Origin: a virus
IMG/VR virus record: IMGVR_UViG_3300045738_001212
Location: 1 to 64,000 of that record
Reading direction: 5' to 3' (one strand)
Length of the DNA: 64,000 bases
The notes beneath the pieces were generated by a model that was given only the letters and a program-made list of their open reading frames with translations, searched no databases and was not told the origin of the DNA. Of the stretch, positions 35,316-43,993 are shown piece by piece. A program made the translations under genes and the position numbers. The number at the start of each line of letters is the position of its first letter. The stretch's first letter is position 1.

Positions 35316-37603
35316 TTAACTCTCATTCTTTTGCTTATTGCTAAACGGCGAAATCGACTCGGCTCCGCGCAAGTGATGCCGGATACCTAGTTCCACCTTA
35401 TGTTCAGCAGTATAGTCCCAATCGTCTTGGTCAAGGCTATACTCTGATTGGTATGCTGCCTCCATGTTGAAATTGAAATCACATAGAGTCGTGTCGTCAG
35501 TAAGGTTATGCTTCTGCACATACTCACTCAATGCCTCTGCGATAATCTTTATACGCAAGGGGTCGCCTTCAAGTATCATCTCATGCTCTTGTATCTTCAT
35601 TTATCCTCCAATCTCTCGTGTTCTAAAACATCATACTTATTAGCGTCGTCGAGGGTATAACCGTATTCCAGTTGACAGTCGTCTCCATAGTCTCCCTCCC
35701 CACTCATTGCCGTCTTGATAGCGTCGGCCTCATCCTCTGCCTCTACCACGATGTAGCAGTAGTGAACCTCTGGAACCTTAACTGTGAATGTTTTCATTTA
35801 TCCTCCAATCTCTTAAACTTGTCTACTATGATATCACAAACATCTTCCGTAATGGATTGCTTCTCTTCGTCTGTGAACGTGAATGGTGGGGTGTAGCCCT
35901 CCATGTATGTAATCACATCTTCCTGTAGCTGCTCCTTCACCTCTTTAATGACAAGGGATTGCGTGTGCTGAAATGGTTTGCGTAATGTTCTCATGCTTAA
36001 TCCTCCACTCCGTAAATTTCTTCGTAGTGTTCAATAATCTCATGGTCGTCTATGTTATCCATGCCAACGCAACCTTCCCAAAGGACTTGTTTCAAATCCT
36101 CGTCTGAAAAGCCCTCCCATTCAGATTCAAAAAGACGCTCGCGCATCGCTTGAATTTCTTTATCTGTATATTCTTTTACTGTGTCAGTCATAATTTAATC
36201 CTCCAGTAGATGGTCTTTGGCTGCTTCAATTACCTCTTGGTAATACTCGTTGTCCATTGGCTTAAAGCCTTCGAGACAATCTGAAATGGCGCATAGGCCA
36301 TCGACTATTCTGCTTCTGTCCACCATTCTCCCATTGTGGCTAATTGGGCCTTCATCTTGTTTCATGCTGTGATGTACTCTCCTTCCTCATTGAATACGAG
36401 TTCGAGATGTTTCAACTCCCAAGCGTTAGGTGCGTCCTTGAACCATTGGGTGTCCATGAACTTAATCCATGCGCGAGCGTTAGCGTGGGTGTAGGAAATG
36501 CCATCTGCAAACATCACATAGCTCTCATCCCATGTGTTGTAGAAGGTGGCCGTGTAGGCTTTCATTGTAGGTTTCATTACAAGTAATATACCACACCGGA
36601 GCGTGGTTGTCAAGGACTATTCGCTTAACGAGATTTGGTGGTCGCTCTCGGGAATGTTTACCTTTGAGATGTTTTCCTCCCACCTTTGATTCTCAAACAT
36701 GTTGGCGACGGCTTTTGCTACATCTTCTTTTGAAACGTCAGAGAAATCCCTTTTAGGTGTGCTGCCTAATACCTCACCCCAAGGGACATTGATTCTCCAC
36801 CCGACTGCTAAACACTCATGCCATACACCCTTCACGCAAACGTAATCACCCACCATCATTGAGCGAACTTCGAGCTTCTTAAAGAGGGTACACTCCCGAC
36901 CACTCCCGTTGTTCCAATCCTCCCACACCGCGTCAAGGATGTCTGGGTCTGTGTACTCACGCCCCTTGCTGTCCTCTACTGGGTAGTCCAACCAGAACTT
37001 CTTACATTGCTTCTCGGTCATGTCCCGATATTGAATTTTAACTCTTATCATAATCGTTTGCTCCGTGGGTGTAGGTTTCGCTCATAGATATAATGTAACA
37101 CACAAGGTACTACTTGTCAAGAGGTTTCTTCTTAATCATATCCAGTAACTTCTTATCGCACACGCGGGGGTGCTTTCCCCACTTCTCAACTACGTCTGCC
37201 ACCTGCTCACCCTTCTCATAGTCGGGTAGCTTAACAACGTACATGGAGTCACGGTCTCTTAACGTCTCATTGTATACCACGATCATCGGGTCGTCTGAAA
37301 GACGAGCCGATTGAATAGCCTCCTCCTCGGAGTTGGCATCTACGATATAGGTAGCCGAGTGCATTTCAGTTGTTATGACTTTATACTTCATGCCCAGTCC
37401 CCCTGTGAGTCTCCATCTATACCGTGCCTTTGGCATAGCTCATCCCATTCTGTCTCCTCGTAGCGTGACTGCCTTGATTGAGTGTCAAGTGCTACTTCTT
37501 TTAAGTGATTGGTAAGTTCTCCTACATCCTCGAATTGGATGCGAACGATCTTCTCCATTGCCTTGTCTAGTGCTGCTCCATGTAGGTTTCTTGTAGGTTT
37601 CAT
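35316..37603 (-). other. run of small acidic early genes: 35316-35600, 35597-35797, 35794-35994, 35997-36191, 36362-36577, 36617-37051 (RSMMVGD, YodL-like motif), 37110-37391, 37388-37603
   Basis: coupled stops/starts with GGAGGA embedded in ...ED(K)* C-termini. Confidence 0.7.
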
Positions 37604-37705
37604 TACAAAGACTATACCCTACTTCTACCCCCGTGTCAATATCAAAGTTTTTTAAAGTTTTTAATTGCACTGAGTTAAGAAATGTGCCCCCGCTTTTTTA
37701 ACTCA

Positions 37706-38242
37706 CTACCTTGTGATGGGTTTGCTGCACTGTTGACATCGATATTTGCGCCCACGCCTAATCCTATTATGTATTGTCGTGGATATCATATGAGGTCTAT
37801 CAATACAGCCACAGGTGTATTTCCACCGTCTCTGTTTCTTAGTGGATGAGTTCGTGGTATCATAGTTGTGACACCTATCAGGACGTAAGCCAAGCTTACG
37901 CATTACGTTCTTCCATTCGCGCCCGTGCGCCGTGCCACCGAATAGGCAATCTTTAATTAGGTGCGCGTACTCATGGCCAAGCGTTTGCTTTATAAAATGC
38001 TCGGTGTTTTCTTTTAAGAGAATGTAGTTTATTCGTATTTCGTTTTTATTAGAGTTTGCCGTTCCGGCCACCCTGCCTTTCAAGTTAAAGCGCAGCCTTG
38101 TCTCTGGCATACTATGCTTAAACTTTTTCTCTGTGTACTCGTGCAACTCCCTTATTCTATCCTCACACAAACGCACAAGGTCAGCCGTCCTTGGCGCGGC
38201 CAGCCCTGATTCCGTCTCTGTGAAATGTTCTATGATGATCAT
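37706..38242 (-). CDS. SprT-family zinc metalloprotease
   Basis: AGTA, HEYAH, HGREWK, YTCGC, YRCQQC. Confidence 0.9.
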   Translation of the reverse strand: MIIIEHFTETESGLAAPRTADLVRLCEDRIRELHEYTEKKFKHSMPETRLRFNLKGRVAGTANSNKNEIRINYILLKENTEHFIKQTLGHEYAHLIKDCLFGGTAHGREWKNVMRKLGLRPDRCHNYDTTNSSTKKQRRWKYTCGCIDRPHMISTTIHNRIRRGRKYRCQQCSKPITR

Positions 38243-38300
38243 TGTTTTCTAGATATCCAAATGTAGCCGAGCCAAAGTATAACCGCTATGAGTACCCACA

Positions 38301-39098
38301 TTATACAGCCTCCATTTGTTTGCGCTTGCTGTAGCCGTTCCACCCACGCCGTTTCAGTTCCTGTAGTGCTTGGCTTGCTGCGCTACCCTTTGGCTGTGTG
38401 CCGTGAATGAGTAAGGCAAAGCTCTTTGTGCCGAATGCTGCGTGGTAATCATCGTGGTCAATTTCAAAGTCCATTGCATCAGCTTGTTCCTCGCTGTAAA
38501 CTACCTCCGCGTACTTTAGGCCATGCTCGACAATCAGCGCGTCATGCTTGCCACCGTAGGAGGCGGTAAGCGCAAAGTTTGAAGGGATTGAATCAATACG
38601 CGCCACCCAATACTTTAGGCTTTTCGTGTATGCGTAAAAATGTTTGTCAGGCATACGCCGCGCAACTTCAAGCCATGCGTCAAAATACGCTTGATTGAAA
38701 AAGTCACCGCCAACATGGACACGCATGATATCAAATTTTTTGGGAAGCATCGATTCCAGCAAATCAGCAATGGCTTTCACTTGGTCTTTGTCATAACGCC
38801 ATGCGTCCATCATCACTTCTTTAATTGCCTCAAAATTACGCCACACCATTGCGCGAGTGTTTTTGTACTGTGATTCAGAGCTTGCGGCGAAGCAACGAAA
38901 TTCCGTGTCAGGCCCATCCGTGATTTTACCCGTTTCCCTGTTGGCCTTGGATAAGCATTCTTTGGCGGCGGGACAAGTCCACCCACTAGGCAAAGTGAAG
39001 GATTTAATAGTTTTGCCGAGCCGGTTTGCCATCGCGATAAGCTTGGCGTTGGCTTGTGAGAATGTGAGAGTCAAAGGTTTAGTCGTAGTAGGTTTCAT
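38301..39098 (-). CDS. Gp88-like protein (Cys motif, RVHVGGDF)
   Basis: LPSGWTCP..C...CFA, RVHVGGDFF, FYAYTKS. Confidence 0.8.
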   Translation of the reverse strand: MKPTTTKPLTLTFSQANAKLIAMANRLGKTIKSFTLPSGWTCPAAKECLSKANRETGKITDGPDTEFRCFAASSESQYKNTRAMVWRNFEAIKEVMMDAWRYDKDQVKAIADLLESMLPKKFDIMRVHVGGDFFNQAYFDAWLEVARRMPDKHFYAYTKSLKYWVARIDSIPSNFALTASYGGKHDALIVEHGLKYAEVVYSEEQADAMDFEIDHDDYHAAFGTKSFALLIHGTQPKGSAASQALQELKRRGWNGYSKRKQMEAV

Positions 39099-39135
39099 GG
39101 TTATAATATAGCAGGTTTCGCTGTGTCTGTCAAGG

Positions 39136-40403
39136 TTAAACGCCTATAAAATGCGCTGCGGTTTTCTTCGTCCAAAAGCCGTCGGCATCTATATTCCCAC
39201 CGTTACTCGCTCGCCCACCATTGCCCACGGGAATGGGAGCAACACTATACTCGCCCATGTTTGAATGTTTAATGAAGGGTTCGGAAACTAAACTGTTGAA
39301 CCTTAAACGCGCAAGTAGTCGAGCGTATCGCCTAATCTTTTCCTTGAGCTTGTTTCCGAATTTGCCTAGTAGGTAGGCGAGGGATGAGTTGTAAAGATAC
39401 TTCTTATAGCTTTCCTCTGTCGTCCAGATGTAAGCGAACCTCTCAGACATATGAATCAACTCGCCGTTGTAGGCTCCGTGGTTGTACCAACTGAAATCTT
39501 GTGATTCGATTTCCTTGGGGTCATTAGATTGGATACCAACGGCCCAGCTTGAGCCTTGGGGACAATAGAACAGTGAGGGTTTCTTTCTAGGTTTCATATG
39601 TATAATGTAGCATAAAAAAGTCCCCCTGTCAAGGGGGACTTTCAGTGTTAGGCCGAGGCTAAACCTTTGCCGTAGTCGATTAAGTCGAGGTCGTGCGTTG
39701 CCGCAGCAGTCGCGTCAGTGATGTCCGAGAATTCGAATATCTCAATCGCTGGCAAGTTGTTGCCGTACTTTCCCTCTGGGAGGTCTGAATACTTTGGCAC
39801 TACGGCCTCGCGGAGAAGGGCGATCTTCTTTAGGTCATCTCTGATGAGTTGGGCCTCCATTCCGTCATTGCCGAGATTATGCTCGTCGATTCTTGTCTGT
39901 GCTTCTGCGACATCTTTTTCAAGTCGCACGATATGTTTGCCGAAGGCAATCTCTAGTTTGTTATTCATCTAGAACAATGTACCATCGATTACCCTGTTTG
40001 TCAATTAAAATCGATTAAAACTTTTTAAAATTTTCCGCTTGTAGTGAGTGAAAAAATGTGCCGCCGTTTTCTAAACTCATTGCAAGAAAAAAAGCCCCCC
40101 CGAAGGGGAGCCTCTCATGAACGGTTATTTAACCTTTATTTATTTGCTTATTATTTACGGCTTATTTATTTGCCAATTATTTAATTAATATTTATTTGCT
40201 AATTATTTAATCATTTCATCGCTTACATCGTCCTCTACTATTGCCCAGTCTACTTCCCATGAGCCTTCTACATATGTTCCATTGTCTGGTAAGCCTATGC
40301 CCATGTCCGACTCTGCTATCTCAGCAGCGTGTTGGCGCGTGTCCGACTTAACAGTTACCCAACCATACATCTGCCAAGCTACTGGTACTTTGTATTCTTT
40401 CAT
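39136..40403 (-). other. hypothetical early genes 39136-39597, 39648-39968, 40203-40403
   Basis: ORFs with leaderless promoters or coupling. Confidence 0.7.
40087..40113 (-). terminator. intrinsic terminator (UUCG loop, U7)
   Basis: ggctcccc-ttcg-gggggc-ttttttt on minus strand. Confidence 0.75.
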
Positions 40404-41372
40404 TTAACGCTCCTCCTTTCCGAACATTGCTTCTAGGTATTGCTTGCCTTGCGGCGTGATGTTGCGACCCGCAGTCGTGATTTCCATGAGGTCATTCTTT
40501 TGCAAGTACAACTCATAGTCACGGCGCAGCGATTCAGGCGTCATGCCTGTCTTGGAGCCGAGGCGGGTAAGGGACACGTCCCGACTCACCTGAAGTATCC
40601 GAAGCACTTCAACTTCTTTCGGACGCAACCCAAGAGGACGGATGCCAAGGGTATGGGTGAGGCTATTCCAATCAGCGAAACCGAATGCCTTTCCATTACC
40701 GTTGGCGTCCAAATACATTTGAATCTTTATTGCCATTTTTTGTGCGGCGCGAGCATTGCCACGAAGCACGGATGCGACTTCAGCTACCAAGCCATCCTCG
40801 AACTTAAGGTCAGGAAGATTGATTTGCACGATAGTACCCAATTCAGTATAGGTGTACTCTTCTAGGTCAACCCTATCCAGCCTGTCCATGAGCGCATGAA
40901 ACACTTTGTGTGGTTCACTGGTGGCGAACAGGAAGGTCTGACGACGGAAATCGAAGTCTACCGTGTAGTCATCATAGCTAAAAGAGTTACGATTGCGTGG
41001 GTTGGGATTAAGGATAGTCAGCAATGCCATCTCCACGTCTTGAGGAATCTCGCTTGCTTCATCAAACAAGATAGTGACATCACGGTCATTGAGGTGAGGA
41101 ATAATTAACTCATCAAAGAATTTTTTAACATTTTTAAGAGTAGAACAATTTACTTCTATGTATCTTTTAGGCCCATCATCTCCATCCTTCACCAACTCTT
41201 TTGCGAGAGCAGTTGCCAACATGGTCTTGCCACACCCCTTTGGCGCGGTGAACATTAAGTTGGGGATGAGTCCTGCTTTCTCGTAGGAATCAATGTAGAA
41301 GTTGAGTTTGCGTTTTGCGGTGTCTTGTCCGATGACACCATTGAATCTTGGAAGCTTGTAGGTTTCGCTCAT
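40404..41372 (-). CDS. ruvB: RuvB-like AAA+ ATPase (Holliday-junction branch-migration motor homologue)
   Basis: IGQ, Walker A APKGCGKT, FDE, ALMDR, RGNARAA, E.YL...TTAGR winged-helix C-terminus. Confidence 0.8.
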   Translation of the reverse strand: MSETYKLPRFNGVIGQDTAKRKLNFYIDSYEKAGLIPNLMFTAPKGCGKTMLATALAKELVKDGDDGPKRYIEVNCSTLKNVKKFFDELIIPHLNDRDVTILFDEASEIPQDVEMALLTILNPNPRNRNSFSYDDYTVDFDFRRQTFLFATSEPHKVFHALMDRLDRVDLEEYTYTELGTIVQINLPDLKFEDGLVAEVASVLRGNARAAQKMAIKIQMYLDANGNGKAFGFADWNSLTHTLGIRPLGLRPKEVEVLRILQVSRDVSLTRLGSKTGMTPESLRRDYELYLQKNDLMEITTAGRNITPQGKQYLEAMFGKEER

Positions 41373-41410
41373 GTATAAAGCATACCATTAATCTAGTATG
41401 CTGTCAAGGA

Positions 41411-41915
41411 CTAATTTCCTTTCTCGGCTCGACGAATAACCTCTTCCATAACGTCTCTCATTACGCGCTGGTCGGCTTTACTGTGATAAACGTGATGACC
41501 ACTAACGACATCAAAATTATTAATAATAATATTCTTCTTCCACGGATTGCATTCATCTACCACTTCATTCCATGCGGTTTCATATCTTGCCGCCATGCCT
41601 GTTGGTGGTGGGGGTGGGAGTTTCATCTTATCTTTTATTACACTCATTTTACCACTTCTCCTCTACTTCTACGTGAGTCTTATCGTTCTCTTCGAAGTCG
41701 GTGACTTTCACGTTTACGTTTTCTTTGGTGTTATCTGAAACAGCAGTTATATCAGGAGTGACAACCCCGAGGTCTACGGCCCACTTGCGTGAGACTTTAA
41801 CCACCATGCTGGGGCGAAGAAGCTCGTTCAACTGAGCAAGAGTGATATTGCAAAATGAGTAGGAACCTTTTTTGCGTCCACTACCAACTTTCCTCTTTTT
41901 CTTTTTATCGGCCAT
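41411..41915 (-). other. two small hypothetical genes (41411-41647, 41649-41915)
   Basis: ORF track; leaderless promoter at 41915. Confidence 0.65.
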
Positions 41916-42056
41916 ATAAGAATAATAACCGAAATCTACTCCCCTGTCAAGATTTTTTTAAAGAAAAGAACAAGCATAAAAACAATAATACTAATAAATA
42001 AAAATGAGATGTATGCTATTGTCAACACCCCTATATAGCAGCCCACCACTATCTCT

Positions 42057-42395
42057 TTAAGCGTCCTCATCGAATCTGTATTTCAAGTCATTGTATAGTA
42101 TGCGCGAAAGTGTATTGCCGAACGCTAATACTTGCGTCTCGGTAAGCTCTGGGAAGTAAGCGTGAGCAGTCTCATGGATGACCGTGTTAAGTATCACTTG
42201 ATTGGAGCGATGAGGGTTTATCAAGATGGTCGTAGGCTCTTTTCCTATCACAGGATAGAAGCAGACACCATCGCAATCCTCTCCCCACCTGCGCTTGTCC
42301 GGCTTCCTGAAGACGAATTCATAGGGAACGCCTTTGCAATTTTTAAATTTTAAATAATTTTTCAATTCCACCCCTAAGCTAAAATAGTCTAACAC
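42057..42395 (-). CDS. small HExxH metallopeptidase-like protein
   Basis: NTVIHETAH. Confidence 0.7.
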   Translation of the reverse strand: MLDYFSLGVELKNYLKFKNCKGVPYEFVFRKPDKRRWGEDCDGVCFYPVIGKEPTTILINPHRSNQVILNTVIHETAHAYFPELTETQVLAFGNTLSRILYNDLKYRFDEDA

Positions 42396-42538
42396 GATAC
42401 AGGATAATCCTGAATAAGTCTAATAAGATAGGATATTCCTAAATAACCCCAAAAAAGACTAAAAGAACACGTCTATATTTTACCATATATTTCGCCTTTT
42501 TGCAAGCATTATTTCAGGCGTTTAGAAAAACTTGGAGC

Positions 42539-42659
42539 AAAGAAAGACCCCCCGCTACAAGAACTTAAGCAGCGGGGGGTCGGGATATCCCCCTGAATCC
42601 CGCTGTGAGGCAGGACTCCAACCAGTTGGGTCAGGAGGTGGTCCGGTGAACCAACTGTA
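42539..42659 (-). ncRNA. candidate small RNA B with anti-SD CACCUCC(U) hairpin and terminator
   Basis: TTAGAA-N17-TATAAT promoter; three hairpins; U-tract. Confidence 0.7.
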
Positions 42660-42695
42660 TAAGTATTATACGATAGGAGGTGTTTTGTTCTAATG

Positions 42696-42760
42696 AAAAA
42701 AGCCCCTGACCGAAGTCAGAGGCAGGTGAGATGAATGTCCTAGACTGGAAGTCTTCGGAG
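42696..42760 (-). ncRNA. candidate small RNA A with unpaired CAUUCAUCUCACCU and UUCG terminator
   Basis: TTAGAA-N17-TATAAT promoter; hairpin, linker, terminator. Confidence 0.7.
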
Positions 42761-42834
42761 CGATATTATAATTTTAAATTAAATTTATTCTAATTTTTTT
42801 TACTGCTTGATAGCAGCGGTGAATGAATTAAAGA

Positions 42835-43189
42835 AGTTGTTGTAATCCTTTTAATTAGTCAGCACACCAGTGATGTTTTAATCCTCTATATTTGGAATCA
42901 ATAAATTTGCTATTTTTTCTCCCTTTCAGACCGTGTTTTAATCCTCTAATACTTAAATGGAGTCATGTTGTTGTAATCCTCTCACCCTATTACTCTCTGT
43001 GTTTTAATCCTCTATATTTGGAGTCAATAAATTTGCTGTTTTTTTATCGGCGTTTGGTTATGTGTTTTAATCCTCTAATACTTAAATTAAATGGCTTTCA
43101 GGGCGATGTTTTAATCCTCACAAAATACATTCCCGAGCTTCATGTGTTTTAATCCTCGTGCTTAAAGCGGCGAATGTTGTAATCCACTA
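42835..43189 (-). repeat. array of nine GAGGATTAMAACA-type repeats downstream of a sigma70 promoter (candidate ncRNA)
   Basis: TTGACT(43223)-N17-TATACT; no long ORF on the transcribed strand; internal ~85-bp duplication. Confidence 0.8.
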
Positions 43190-43314
43190 CAAGAAGTATA
43201 CCACCAGCCTTATTTCGAGTCAAGAAGATTTATGGGGAAAAATTAATTAATATATTTAAACTTTTTAAAATTTGCGGGGGCCAGATTTGTTTTGACTTTG
43301 TATCAGATTTATGA

Positions 43315-43569
43315 TTACCTTTTCATACGTCGATAGTTCTTCGCCCAAATGACATTGCACATTTCAGTTGCAGTTTGATCTATTCTGGTTTCAGGCCAAG
43401 CAGGATTATAGATGTGGAGCATTTCATGAATAAGAGTATTTAAATATTGTTTAGATTTTAATCTGCCATCTATTTCAATTTTATTTTCTCCTACCCACGC
43501 TAAACCTAGAGCCTTCTCCCTACCGAGAGGCCGCTCTACTACTTCAATTTTAGTCTTTCTTCTAGGCAT
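43315..43569 (-). CDS. small HExxH metallopeptidase-like protein, related to 42057-42395
   Basis: NTLIHEMLH; GTGTAAT motif upstream. Confidence 0.75.
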   Translation of the reverse strand: MPRRKTKIEVVERPLGREKALGLAWVGENKIEIDGRLKSKQYLNTLIHEMLHIYNPAWPETRIDQTATEMCNVIWAKNYRRMKR

Positions 43570-43993
43570 ATGGGTAATTACACAATGCTACCAACTTTAT
43601 TATAGGTATATTTTGGAGAATATATAAAAAGCGGTCACCCATTTTTTTAAATTTTAATAAACAAATTAACCACTCTCTTCTTTGTATACTATGCCCTTTA
43701 GACCTCTTTTACTAGGTTTTCGGGGGGAAAGTGGGGCAAAGGTGTAGGTTTCTGTGGAGTAGGGGGATTGTAGGCAAGTAGTAGGACAGCGTAAACCAAA
43801 CAAAAGCCTTTTGCAATGCAAATAAACAAAAAAATGCGTTGGACGAAACAATTACAGGCAATGTTGTCTAAATCATCCCTCCTGCTTAACCCCTATCAAG
43901 ACGAGAAGCATCTCAATAGTAACAGGCATTGTTTCTGAGTCCGATGCCAACGCTCACCGTCGATTAGTTAGGGATAATAGTTGCGACAAAAAG

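Larger units (their letters stand above)
28975..40079. repeat. dispersed 35-bp dyad element TGAG-N26-ACTCA, 8 copies
   Basis: copies at 28975, 31150, 33218, 33477, 34021, 35231, 37671, 40045, each exactly 35 bp. Confidence 0.9.

Noticed and set aside
28975-40079. Integron attC sites
   Set aside because: Lack RYYYAAC...GTTRRRY ends, are shorter than attC, and no integrase is in the window
42892-43152. Plus-strand 86-aa ORF
   Set aside because: Translation of the repeat array (CFNPL), antisense to the promoter, TTG start
42835-43189. CRISPR array
   Set aside because: Repeats are only 12-13 bp, spacing is irregular, two spacers are near-duplicates and no cas gene is present
42835-43189. Resemblance of GAGGAUUA to the MS2 coat operator
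   Set aside because: The flanking operator stem is absent; the match is explained by an SD-like core
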